A stretch of 64,000 nt of DNA, taken from Deltaproteobacteria bacterium (GTDB lineage: Bacteria; Myxococcota_A; UBA9160; UBA4427). Position 1 is the first letter of the stretch. Every line of letters begins with the position of its first letter. The position numbers and the translations under genes were made by a program. The stretch covers positions 1,051,035-1,115,034 of the forward strand of contig JADJOR010000002.1 of the NCBI GenBank assembly GCA_016713665.1, read 5' to 3'. The notes below the pieces were generated by a model. That model did no database searches. It was not told where the DNA came from and was given only the letters and a program-made list of their open reading frames with translations. Shown here piece by piece: positions 1-8,992 of the stretch.

Positions 1-418
1 CACGGTCCACGTGAACGATCCCTCGATCACGGGGCCCTTCACGCTGATGTTGACGAGCCTCGTCGGCGGCCAGGGTTATGCGCCGGCCGACGTCGCGATC
101 GAGCTCGCACCGACGGTGCCCGCGAGTCTCGATCCGAGCGCCGTGCCGGGCTTCGTCTGGAGCGGCGGCTTCACACCCTTCGTCCGCGTGCGCGACCTCT
201 CGTCCTCGCCCACGGTCTTCGACTACGTCGGCTGGACCGTCGAGGAGGGCTCGCGCGTGACCTTCCGTTATGCGCTGCCGTCGGGACTGAAGGGCGGCGC
301 CTATCCGGCGTTCACGGCGAACGCGGTGCCGCTCGTGGTGCCGGAGCCGGGCGCGGCGCTCCTGCTGGGACTCGGGCTCGCGGGGCTCGCCGTGGGCGGA
401 CGGCGCACGGACGGCTGA
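1..418 (+). CDS. PEP-CTERM-anchored secreted protein, C-terminal part (5' end outside window)
   Basis: The frame is open to the window edge. The C-terminus ...VVPEPGAALLLGLGLAGLAVGGRRTDG* has a PEP motif, a hydrophobic helix and an Arg cluster, which is the PEP-CTERM exosortase sorting signal. Confidence 0.75.
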   Translation, partial: TVHVNDPSITGPFTLMLTSLVGGQGYAPADVAIELAPTVPASLDPSAVPGFVWSGGFTPFVRVRDLSSSPTVFDYVGWTVEEGSRVTFRYALPSGLKGGAYPAFTANAVPLVVPEPGAALLLGLGLAGLAVGGRRTDG

Positions 419-472
419 GCGGCCGGGCGACGAGTCGGGCTCTTCGGCGGGATCGGGAATCGATCATCGGGG

Positions 473-2197
473 GTGGGTGTGCGGATTCGATGGAGCGTGG
501 GGAAGTTCGGGGCGTCGGGGATCGCGGCGATGCTCGCATCGGCGATCGTCTGCGTCTCGGCCACGGCGGGCCGGGCGGCCACCGATCCGGTCGAAGCCGC
601 GCTCGCCGCGGCGCGCGCCGAGGTCGAGGCCGGCCGCTGCGAGCAGGCGGAGGCGCTGCTCGCGCCGATCGCGGGGCTCGAGAATCGCGCGCGCCTGCTC
701 GGCGGGCAGTGTCTGATCCGGGCCGGCCGCTATCCCGAGGCGCTCGCGAACCTCGATCGCGCCCGCGGCGCCCGCGATCTCTCCGGCAGCCAGGTCGGGG
801 ACGTCGAGCTCTACCGCGGCGTCGCGCTCTACCACCTCGAACGCTATGCGGAGGCGACGGCGGCGCTCGTCGCCGCCGAGGGGATCACCTCCGAGCCCGC
901 CGAGCTCGCCCTCTACCGCGGTCTCATCGCCCTGCGCGGCGGCGACAACGAGCGGGCCGCCCCGGATCTCGAGGCGGCGGCCCTGCTGTCGCCCGCGCTG
1001 ACCGAGCCGGTCGCATCGTATTATGCGGGCCTCGCCTGGCAGGGCGCCGCGGATCGGAGCAAGGCGCGCGCGGCCTTCGAGCGCGTGATCGCCATCGACG
1101 GGGAGGACGGCGCCTGGGGCCGCCAGGCCCGGGAGCTGCTCGGCGCGACGGATCCCCATCCCTACTACGTGCGCGGCAGCCTCGGCGTCGAGTACGACGA
1201 CAACGTCATCCTGCGCGGCGGCGCGACCCAGTTCACCTCGCCCGATTCTCCGTCCGTGACCCGGGACGGCGAGCGCGACTGGCGCGGCGTCTGGACGGTC
1301 GACGGCGGCATCCAGCTCGTCGATCAGGGCTCCCTCGGCGCCGGGATCACCGCCGGCTACTCCGGCAACGCCCACGCCGATCTCGCGGACTTCAACACCC
1401 ACTATCCGCGCATCGGCGGCTACGTCGTGAATCGTCTCTCGCCCGAGACGACGATGCAGCTCCGCTACGAGTTCGGGGCCGCCTGGGTCGACGAGAAGTC
1501 GTTCCTGCGGACCCAGCTCGCCGAAGCGGGCCTCTCCCATGCCTGGGAGAAGGCCGGCACGACCGTCGTCGTCGCGGACTTCCTCTGGAACGATCTGCGC
1601 TTCCCGACCCGCAACGTGCTCGACGGCCCCGGTGCCCCCGGCGGCGACTGCGACGATCCGGGCGTTCTCGGCAACGAGGTGGCGGCCCAGTGCGGTCCGC
1701 CCGGTCTCGACGAGGGCCGGGCGCGGGATCGCGACGGCGAAGGCGTCGGGGCCGCGATCGAGCAGCGTTATTCGGTGCCGCTCCCGACCGCGCTGGCGGG
1801 CGCGCTCGAGGCGCTGCGCGTGGCCGGCGGCTACCGCTACCGCTACTACGTCTCCCAGGGCCGCGAGTGGAAGCACATGAGCCACATCGCGAGCGCGGCG
1901 ATCGAGCTCGAGCTTCCCCTCGACATCCGCCTCTCGACCCGGTTCAGCTACGAGTTCCGGGACTTCGCGAATCCGTCGACCTTTCCGGATCGGCAGGTCG
2001 TCGATCAGCAGTACACGCTCTCGGGCTCGGATCGTCGGGAGCACGAGGTCAACCTCACGGCGGAGCTCGAGAAGGACCTGACCCGGAACCTCTCGCTCAG
2101 CACGCGCTGGTCCTATCTCGACAACGAGAGCAATCGGCGGGTCTACGACTACACCCGGCACATCGTCGGGGCCTACGTGAACGTTCGCTTCGATTGA
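473..2197 (+). CDS. Outer-membrane protein: signal peptide, N-terminal TPR-like helical repeats and C-terminal beta-barrel (possibly DUF560/Slam-like)
   Basis: N-terminal signal (GIAAMLASAIVCVSATAGRAA). Ala/Leu-rich TPR-like repeats (RYPEALANLDRA, RYAEATAALVAA). The C-terminal half has alternating beta-strand patterns starting YYVRGSLGVEYDDNV and ending ...YDYTRHIVGAYVNVRFD with a terminal aromatic residue, as in OMP barrels. Confidence 0.6.
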   Translation: MGVRIRWSVGKFGASGIAAMLASAIVCVSATAGRAATDPVEAALAAARAEVEAGRCEQAEALLAPIAGLENRARLLGGQCLIRAGRYPEALANLDRARGARDLSGSQVGDVELYRGVALYHLERYAEATAALVAAEGITSEPAELALYRGLIALRGGDNERAAPDLEAAALLSPALTEPVASYYAGLAWQGAADRSKARAAFERVIAIDGEDGAWGRQARELLGATDPHPYYVRGSLGVEYDDNVILRGGATQFTSPDSPSVTRDGERDWRGVWTVDGGIQLVDQGSLGAGITAGYSGNAHADLADFNTHYPRIGGYVVNRLSPETTMQLRYEFGAAWVDEKSFLRTQLAEAGLSHAWEKAGTTVVVADFLWNDLRFPTRNVLDGPGAPGGDCDDPGVLGNEVAAQCGPPGLDEGRARDRDGEGVGAAIEQRYSVPLPTALAGALEALRVAGGYRYRYYVSQGREWKHMSHIASAAIELELPLDIRLSTRFSYEFRDFANPSTFPDRQVVDQQYTLSGSDRREHEVNLTAELEKDLTRNLSLSTRWSYLDNESNRRVYDYTRHIVGAYVNVRFD

Positions 2198-2259
2198 CGG
2201 GCGCCGGACGTTCGACGAACGTTCGGGACGCGCGGGATCGACGGAAGGGGAGACGGAGA

Positions 2260-2631
2260 ATGACGACGACGACGCGACGGATTCTGGCGATGACGGGGGC
2301 CTTCCTGCTCGGCATGATCGGCGGCTACTCGACGGCGCGCGCCGAAGAGCCGGTGGGCAGCGCTTTCGATCGCACGTTCTCGGTCGCGCCGACGGCGGAA
2401 GGCGAGGTCGGCGTCGCCGGCCGCGTCGTGACCCGGTTCGCCCCGCCGGTCGCAGCCCCGGTCGATCCGACGTCGGCGACGATTCCGCTCTCGCTCTCCC
2501 GCAGCCCGCTGCTGCGCCCCTGCGATACGCCCGGCTCGGGCTGTCGCAATCCGCAGGCCGCGTCGACCCCCGTCGGTGTCCCGCCGATCGGGCCGGGGAC
2601 GCGCCCGCCGACGAATCCGCCGGCTCCGTGA
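2260..2631 (+). CDS. Small exported Pro-rich protein (unknown function)
   Basis: ATG at 2260 is preceded by the GGAAGGGGAGACGGAGA Shine-Dalgarno (SD) region. Signal peptide MTTTTRRILAMTGAFLLGMIGGYSTARA|EEP, with a Pro-rich C-terminus. Its stop overlaps the next gene's start (GTGA). Confidence 0.55.
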   Translation: MTTTTRRILAMTGAFLLGMIGGYSTARAEEPVGSAFDRTFSVAPTAEGEVGVAGRVVTRFAPPVAAPVDPTSATIPLSLSRSPLLRPCDTPGSGCRNPQAASTPVGVPPIGPGTRPPTNPPAP

Positions 2632-3299
2632 GCGGGTCGGGCACGCCCTTCGCGGCCCACCCCTACGGCGCCGTCGCCGCCGTCTACGACGAGCTCGCGG
2701 CGCTCTATTCCCTCGGTGCGATCGATCGTTCGAAGCGGGCCGGCGTCTCGGCGCTCGCGCCCGGCGAACGCGTGCTCTTCGTCGGCGCCGGCCGCGGGAG
2801 CGACGTGGTAGGGGCCGTGCGCCGCGGCTGTCGCGTCACCGCCGTCGACCTCGCCCCCGCGATGCTCGCGCGCCTGCGCGCCTCGCTCGACCGTGAAGGC
2901 CTCGCCGCGGAGACGATCCTCGGCGACGTCGCGGACCACCGCCCCGCCGAGCCCTACGACGCCCTCGTCGCCCACTACTTCCTGAATCTCTGGGACACGC
3001 CGCTCGCCGGCGCGATGCTCGCCCACCTGCGCTCGCTCGTGCGGCCCGGCGGGCGCCTCGTCGTCGCCGACTTCGCGCGGCCCTCGGGCGGAAGCGTCGC
3101 GAGCCTGCTCGCGAACGCCTACTACCGGCCGATCGACTGGCTCGCCTGGGCGCTCGGCTATTGCGCGCTCCATCCGATCCTCGACTACGGGGTGTTGCTG
3201 CCGGCGGCGGGCTTCCGGATCACGCGCGAGCAGCGCTTCGCCGTGCTCGGCATTCGGGATCCCGCCTACGTATCGATCGTCGCCCAGCGGATCGATTGA
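2628..3299 (+). CDS. Class I SAM-dependent methyltransferase
   Basis: Motif I VLFVGAGRGSDV, followed by RVTAVDLAPAML and GGRLVVADF. There is a 4-nt overlap with the upstream ORF. Confidence 0.75.
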   Translation: MSGSGTPFAAHPYGAVAAVYDELAALYSLGAIDRSKRAGVSALAPGERVLFVGAGRGSDVVGAVRRGCRVTAVDLAPAMLARLRASLDREGLAAETILGDVADHRPAEPYDALVAHYFLNLWDTPLAGAMLAHLRSLVRPGGRLVVADFARPSGGSVASLLANAYYRPIDWLAWALGYCALHPILDYGVLLPAAGFRITREQRFAVLGIRDPAYVSIVAQRID

Positions 3300-3377
3300 A
3301 GCGGGGCGGCCGCGTCCCCGCGCCCCTGGGCGCGCGCGCTCGGTCTCGACCTGGGCCCGATCGGGGCTTCGCGCCGA

Positions 3378-4694
3378 TCAGGGCTGCGCGGCCTGCGGGG
3401 CCGGCTCGTTCGCTGCGGACGGCGACGCGGCGCTCGCGCCCGTCTCGAGGTCGGCGAGGGCGGCCTTGATGTCGCGGATCAGGTCGTCGTCGAGGGCCGA
3501 GCCGTCGGAGGGCGTCGAGAGCGCCTCGCGATAGTGGGCGCCGGCGGCGTTCCCGTCTCCGGCCAGCCGTTCGACCCGCGCGAGGCCCGCGGCGATCTGG
3601 CGCCGGGCGTGGAGGACGAGCTTCTCGTCGCTCGATAGACGCGCGTGGGCGGTCCGGGCCAGCTCGAGACCGCGCTCGAGCTCGCCCTTCTCGGCGAGGA
3701 CCTGGGCGAGGGTCGTCTCGGCGACGCCGCGATTGGAGGGGTCGGCGCCGAGCTCCTCGAAGATCTTCAGCGCTGCGTGGGCGGTCGCCTCGGCCGTCGC
3801 GAGGTCGCGTTGCGCGAGCGCGATGCGCGCCTTGTAGACCTTGAGGGCGGCCGCCTGCATGCGATCGGCGGGTGCCAGGACCTGGGCGTCGAGCACGCAT
3901 TGATCGATCGCCCTTCGCGCGAGGTCGAGCTCGCCGGCCCGCAGCGCGAGGCCCGAGACCTCGAAGGCGAGGCCGAGCCGCTCGCGGCTCGCGGTGTCGG
4001 ACTGGGCGGTCTCGAGGGCGAGCGCGAGGAGCGGAAGCTGCGTGTCGTCCTTTCGACCGGCCTCGACCGCCGCGGCGTGGCGGCGTTCGGCGGTCGTCCG
4101 GGCGAGGGAGACCAGAGCCGCGTCGCCCAGCCCGGGGGCCTGGCGCGCCTCTTCGAAGAGCTGGTCCGCGAGGGCGTCGGCGGCTTCGAGCTGTCCGAAG
4201 GCGGCGAGGTCCTGGGCGAGGCGGGCGCGCATGCCGAAGACGGTGCGCCGCTGGGTATGGGTCGGGCGGCGGTCGGCGAGCTGCAGGGCCGCCTGGGCCA
4301 GCAGCTCGCTCGCCTCGTCGAGCTTGCCGTCCTGGGCCTTCTCCCGGGCGAGCCGAGAGAGCTCGCGCCAGCTGCGCGCCGGCTCGTTCGCGGCGTCGTC
4401 GGCCTTGCGCTGCTCGAGTCGCGCGCGCGTCGGCGTCTCCCGGCGCGGCTTGCGCGTGGGGGCGGCGGCGTCGGGCGTTTGCGCGGCGTCCGGCGTCTGC
4501 GTCGCGTCGACGGAGGCCGAGGCGGCGGGATCCAGCGTGCTCGCGGGCCATCCCGAAGCCTGGCTCGGGTCGGGGGCCGCGGCCGCGCTCGGCTCGTCGT
4601 AGTTGAGCGAGACACAGCCGATGCTCGCCGCGATCAGGAGGATCAACGAGAGGGAGAGGGGCCAGCTGAGGGCGGATCGCCAGTCACGGATCAT
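3378..4694 (-). CDS. TPR-repeat lipoprotein
   Basis: The likely start is MIRDWRS at 4694. Lipobox LIAASIGC. Long Ala/Leu/Arg helical repeats typical of TPR. There is a 4-nt overlap with the upstream Rieske gene. Confidence 0.65.
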   Translation of the reverse strand: MIRDWRSALSWPLSLSLILLIAASIGCVSLNYDEPSAAAAPDPSQASGWPASTLDPAASASVDATQTPDAAQTPDAAAPTRKPRRETPTRARLEQRKADDAANEPARSWRELSRLAREKAQDGKLDEASELLAQAALQLADRRPTHTQRRTVFGMRARLAQDLAAFGQLEAADALADQLFEEARQAPGLGDAALVSLARTTAERRHAAAVEAGRKDDTQLPLLALALETAQSDTASRERLGLAFEVSGLALRAGELDLARRAIDQCVLDAQVLAPADRMQAAALKVYKARIALAQRDLATAEATAHAALKIFEELGADPSNRGVAETTLAQVLAEKGELERGLELARTAHARLSSDEKLVLHARRQIAAGLARVERLAGDGNAAGAHYREALSTPSDGSALDDDLIRDIKAALADLETGASAASPSAANEPAPQAAQP

Positions 4695-5008
4695 CGATTG
4701 AGGCTCACGTAGAGCTCGCCGTCGCGGAGCTCGATGGAATAGGTGGCGAGGGGCTTGCGGGCCGGACCCGAGACGGGGCAGCCGTCCCGCAGGTCGAAGC
4801 GCGCGCCGTGGAGTGTGCACACGATCTGGGATCCCTCGATCGGCTCATCGGCGAGCGGCCACGCCGCATGAGAGCAGCGACTCGCGAGCGCGAAATAGCG
4901 CTCGCCGCTTCGGCAGACGAGGATCTCCCGCCCGCCGACTTCGACCACCCGCTTTTCCCCGGGCGAGAGCGCGAGCCCGAGGCGCTCCCAGGCGGGCCCT
5001 TCAGGCAC
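4691..5008 (-). CDS. Rieske [2Fe-2S] ferredoxin-domain protein
   Basis: CSH (RCSHAAWPL) and CTLHG motifs are spaced as in Rieske proteins. Length is 105 aa. Confidence 0.8.
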   Translation of the reverse strand: MPEGPAWERLGLALSPGEKRVVEVGGREILVCRSGERYFALASRCSHAAWPLADEPIEGSQIVCTLHGARFDLRDGCPVSGPARKPLATYSIELRDGELYVSLNR

Positions 5009-5936
5009 CGAAGGCCTTTCGCAGCGCCGCGCACGCGTCGTCCACCGCCTGCCGCGCCCGGGGCAGCTGCTCCGTCATGGCGAAGAAGCCGTGGAAGACG
5101 CCGTCGTAGTTCGTGTACTGCGTGGGCACCCCGGCCGCGGCGAGGCGCTTCGCGTACTCGCGGCCCTCGTCGCGCAGCGGGTCGTATTCCGCGGTGACCA
5201 CCGTCGCCGGCGGCAATCCGGCGAGGCTCGCCGCCCGGAGCGGGGAGGCCAGCGGGTTCGCGGCGTCGGCGTCGCTCTCCAGATAGTGGTGCCAGAACCA
5301 ACGCATCATGTCCTTCGACAGGAAATAACCCTCGCCGTTCACGCGATAGGACTCGGTCTCGAGGCTCGCGTCGGTGACGGGGTAGATCAGCAGCTGGTGG
5401 ATCGGGAGATGGCCCCCGCGATCCCGGCACATCAGCGAGACGACCGCCGCGAGGTTGCCCCCGGCGCTGTCGCCGGCGACTGCGATCCGGCCGACGTCGA
5501 TCCCGAGCTCGCGGGCGTTCAGCGCGGTCCACTGGGTCGCCGCATAACAATCCTCGGGCGCGGCGGGGAACTTCGCCTCGGGGGCCAGGCGGTAGTCGAC
5601 GGAGACGACGACGGAGTCCGTCCCCTTCGCGAGCTGACGACAGGTCGCGTCGTGGGTGTCGAGGCTGCAGAGCACGAAGCCGCCGCCGTGGAAGAAGACG
5701 ATGCCCGGCTTGCGCTCGGCGCCGCCCGCCGGGGTGTAGATGCGGATCGGGACCTTGCCCTGCGGTCCGTCGACGTCGCGCGCCTCGACCTTCGCCATCT
5801 CGAGGACCGGGCCCGGACCGCCGGGCATCGAGCCGAAGGCCTCGCGGATCACGGTATGCGGAACGCTGAAGAGATCGACCGCGGGGGCCGCGGACATGGC
5901 ATCGAGCATCGCCTTCGCTTCGGGATCGAGCGGCAT
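5001..5936 (-). CDS. Alpha/beta hydrolase, hormone-sensitive-lipase-family esterase/lipase
   Basis: HGGG oxyanion motif (FFHGGGF), GDSAGG nucleophile elbow and a C-terminal DPLRDEG...FHGF. Confidence 0.85.
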   Translation of the reverse strand: MPLDPEAKAMLDAMSAAPAVDLFSVPHTVIREAFGSMPGGPGPVLEMAKVEARDVDGPQGKVPIRIYTPAGGAERKPGIVFFHGGGFVLCSLDTHDATCRQLAKGTDSVVVSVDYRLAPEAKFPAAPEDCYAATQWTALNARELGIDVGRIAVAGDSAGGNLAAVVSLMCRDRGGHLPIHQLLIYPVTDASLETESYRVNGEGYFLSKDMMRWFWHHYLESDADAANPLASPLRAASLAGLPPATVVTAEYDPLRDEGREYAKRLAAAGVPTQYTNYDGVFHGFFAMTEQLPRARQAVDDACAALRKAFGA

Positions 5937-6112
5937 GGGAGAGCTCCTGCTGCCGGCTCGGGGGAGGCCGGGAGCGTCTGGGGGTTTCGATCGGGTCGGA
6001 CGCTAGCACCGCACCCGCGCGGCAGGACCCCGCGAGGGGCTATCCTGGCTCGATTCCGGACGGGAGTGCCGCGGGACATCGCGGTGAGCCGCTCGGCGGG
6101 AGGACTCTCGCG

Positions 6113-6715
6113 ATGCGCCGCGTATTCGATCGATCCACGTCTCCGAGGCTCGAATCGATCACGATCCTGCTCGTGCTCGTGGGCCTGACGGCCTGTCAAT
6201 CCTTCAACGTGCGCTCGGACTGGGACGACACCGTCTCCTTCGACGGTTATCAGCGCTACTTCTGGCTCGAGCCGCCGACAGCCGAGGGCGCCGACCCGTT
6301 CGCGGACAACGATCTGCTGCGCAAGCGCGTGCGCAAAGCGATCGAGACCCAGCTCGCCGCCCGCGGCTTCCGCCCTGTCTCGCAGCGCGAAGACGCCGAT
6401 TTCCTCGTGACCTACGGCGTCCAGCTCGACGAGAAGATCCGGGTCAACGGCACCACCGGCGTCTACGGCGGTTATGGCGGATACGGCCGCTGGCCGATCG
6501 GCTTCGGCTCCGGCATCGGCACGACCGACGTGCGCAACTACCAGGAGGCGACGCTCATCGTCGACTTCCTGAACCCGGACAAAGAGGAGCTCGTCTGGCG
6601 AGGCTGGGGCAGCGGCTTCCTCCAGACCCGCGATCGGGATCGCGGCCAGGAGCGCTTCGAGGCCGGTGTGAAGGCCGTGCTCGACGCGTTTCCGCCGAGG
6701 CGGCCGGCGCGCTGA
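6113..6715 (+). CDS. DUF4136-like lipoprotein
   Basis: Lipobox LVGLTAC. The overall pattern (DWDDTVSFDGYQRY, DFLVTYGV, ATLIVDFL...ELVWRGW) is typical of DUF4136. Confidence 0.65.
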   Translation: MRRVFDRSTSPRLESITILLVLVGLTACQSFNVRSDWDDTVSFDGYQRYFWLEPPTAEGADPFADNDLLRKRVRKAIETQLAARGFRPVSQREDADFLVTYGVQLDEKIRVNGTTGVYGGYGGYGRWPIGFGSGIGTTDVRNYQEATLIVDFLNPDKEELVWRGWGSGFLQTRDRDRGQERFEAGVKAVLDAFPPRRPAR

Positions 6716-6752
6716 GTCCGGCCTCGCTCGCTCGACGGTCCGCGGGGCTCGA

Positions 6753-8390
6753 TCAAGCCGCGGCGACCGGTATCCCCGCGTCCGGCTTTTCGAGGGGCAG
6801 GACGACCTCGAAGCAGGCGAAGCATTCGAGTCGGAGAAAGGTCGGCACGAGCTCCATGCGGCCGCCGTGATCGGCGATGATGCTGTGGGCCACCGACAGG
6901 CCGAGGCCGGTGCCGCCGCCCTTGAGGCGCGTCGTGAAGAAGGGATCGAAGATCCGCTCGCGGTCCGCGGCCGGCACGCCGGGGCCATCGTCCTCGACAC
7001 GGATCCGGATCTCGTGGTCGACTCGGCGGGCGGTGACCCGGACGAAGGCGCCGGAGGTCTGGGCCTGGATCGCATTCAGGATCAGGTTGACGAAGACCTG
7101 CTCGAGCTCGATCGGGCTCATCAGGACGCTCGATTCGGCGACGGCGCGATCGATCTCGAGCTCGACGCTCGCGCCGCGATCCCGCGCGAATCGGCGCGTC
7201 ACGTCGACCGCCGTCCGCAGGACGCCGACCAGGTCGCCGGCCCACTTTTCGGTGGGCTCGGCCCGCGAGAACTGCAGGATGCCGCGGATGATCTTCCCGC
7301 AACGGATCGCCTGGGCCCGGATCTCCTGGAGGGCCGCGTGGGCGACGTGGGGATGGTCCTCGTCGCCGGCGGTCAGGAGGGCGTAGTCGGAGGCGGCGAG
7401 GATGGCGCCGACTGGATTGTTGATCTGGTGGGCGACGCCCGCTGCGAGGGTCCCGACGGCGGCGAGGCGCTCCTGGGCGCGGAGCGTGCGCTGGCTGACC
7501 TCGAGCTCCCGGGTCCGCTCGACGATGCGCGCCTCGAGGCGCTCCTGCTCGAGGCGTCGGGTCGCATCGAGCTCCTTCTGGGCGGTCACGTCGGCGTAGG
7601 CGATCTGGCGGGCGCGCTGCCCTTCCCAGATCGCGTCGGCCCAGCGGATCTGGATCCAGCGCCAGCTCTGGTCGTGGACGCGTCGGATCCGCAGCTCGAT
7701 GGTATTCGCGGTCGGGAGCGCCGCGCCGCTCAGGGCGCCCGTCAGGATGCCGACGTCGTCGGGATGGACGTGCTCGAAGGTCTCGTCGATGGTGAGGCCC
7801 AGGAAGCCCTCGACCGGGCGGCCGAAGAGGCGCCGGAGCGCGGGATTCGCATACACGACGCGGCGTCGGCAGACGACCGCGATGCCCTGGATCGACTCCT
7901 CGACGAGGTTCTGGTAGTTGGCCTTGGTCCGGGCGAGATCGCTCACGTCGTGGAGATGGATCACGATGCCGCCCACGGCGGGATGGTCGAGGCAGTTCGT
8001 GATCGTCATCTCGATGTGGGGCGTGGGCTGACCCGGGCGCAGCGCCCGCGGTCGGACGGTCGAGCGCAGCTCCGTTCGGATCCGCTCACCGGGACGCTCG
8101 AGGGCTCGCCGCCAGAGGGGACCCGTCTCGCGGAGGCCGGCGGCGTCCGTGAGCGGAGCGAGTCGACGACCGACGACGCGGCCCGGCTCGAAGCCGATCA
8201 GGCGCTCGGCCGCGGCGCTCGCGAACTGCACGCGGCCGTTCTCGTCGAGGACGAGGATTCCCTCCGAGGCGTGTTCGAGCAGCGTCCGGTAGCGGTCCTC
8301 CCGGAGGGTGAGGGCGAATCGGGCCTGCTCGGCGAGCTCCTCGGCGCTGCGGCGCCAGAGCCACTCGAAGAGCGCGCCGGTCCCCGTCAT
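6753..8390 (-). CDS. PAS-domain sensor histidine kinase (cytoplasmic part; see in-frame stop finding)
   Basis: Two PAS-like segments, H-box GVAHQINNPVGAI, N/G boxes (LILNAIQA, DDGPGVP, GGTGLGLS). Confidence 0.85.
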   Translation of the reverse strand: MTGTGALFEWLWRRSAEELAEQARFALTLREDRYRTLLEHASEGILVLDENGRVQFASAAAERLIGFEPGRVVGRRLAPLTDAAGLRETGPLWRRALERPGERIRTELRSTVRPRALRPGQPTPHIEMTITNCLDHPAVGGIVIHLHDVSDLARTKANYQNLVEESIQGIAVVCRRRVVYANPALRRLFGRPVEGFLGLTIDETFEHVHPDDVGILTGALSGAALPTANTIELRIRRVHDQSWRWIQIRWADAIWEGQRARQIAYADVTAQKELDATRRLEQERLEARIVERTRELEVSQRTLRAQERLAAVGTLAAGVAHQINNPVGAILAASDYALLTAGDEDHPHVAHAALQEIRAQAIRCGKIIRGILQFSRAEPTEKWAGDLVGVLRTAVDVTRRFARDRGASVELEIDRAVAESSVLMSPIELEQVFVNLILNAIQAQTSGAFVRVTARRVDHEIRIRVEDDGPGVPAADRERIFDPFFTTRLKGGGTGLGLSVAHSIIADHGGRMELVPTFLRLECFACFEVVLPLEKPDAGIPVAAA

Positions 8391-8417
8391 CGCAACCAGG
8401 CAGAGCAGGGCGACCGG

Positions 8418-8960
8418 CTAGCGTTGGATCGCGGGCACCCCCTCGAAGCCCGCGACGACGGGGGTCGCGTCGCCGGCGGCGAGGCCGTAGCCGAGGCCGA
8501 GTACCCCGACGGAAGCGAGCCCCCAGCCGAAGACGGCCCGTCCGCCGAGACTCAGGAGCGCCACCATCGGCACGATCGGGATCACCGGGAGGATCCCCCC
8601 GCCTCGCCCGCCACTCGCCAGGAAGACCACGCTCGCGAGCAGCAGGAGCTGTCCACAGACGACGTGGCCCAGGCTTCGAATCGAATCGGATCGCCGCAGG
8701 ACGAAGGGAAGCGTCAGGCTCGCCGCGCCCGCGCTGGCGATGCCGGAGACGATCGGCCAGGGCGTTCGGAAGCAGAGCATGGCCGTCAACACGCACAGCG
8801 CCGCGCCGAGGCCGAAGCAGCCGACGAGTCCGACGCGCGCGTAGGCGATCTCGTTGGCCGTGCGACGGCGCACCTCATTCGAGAGGAAGTAGGCGTCGAC
8901 GGCGTCGAGCCTGCTCCGGATCCGATCGCGCCAGCCGGTCTTCGTCGAAGCCGATTGCAT
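8418..8960 (-). CDS. Multi-pass membrane segment, probably the N-terminal sensor domain of the downstream histidine kinase
   Basis: Contains 5-6 hydrophobic helices. It ends at TAG 8418-8420 in the same frame as the kinase ORF, 9 codons upstream of the kinase ATG. Confidence 0.55.
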   Translation of the reverse strand: MQSASTKTGWRDRIRSRLDAVDAYFLSNEVRRRTANEIAYARVGLVGCFGLGAALCVLTAMLCFRTPWPIVSGIASAGAASLTLPFVLRRSDSIRSLGHVVCGQLLLLASVVFLASGGRGGGILPVIPIVPMVALLSLGGRAVFGWGLASVGVLGLGYGLAAGDATPVVAGFEGVPAIQR

Positions 8961-8992
8961 GACCGGAATCGTATCGCGAAACTCCCGATTCC

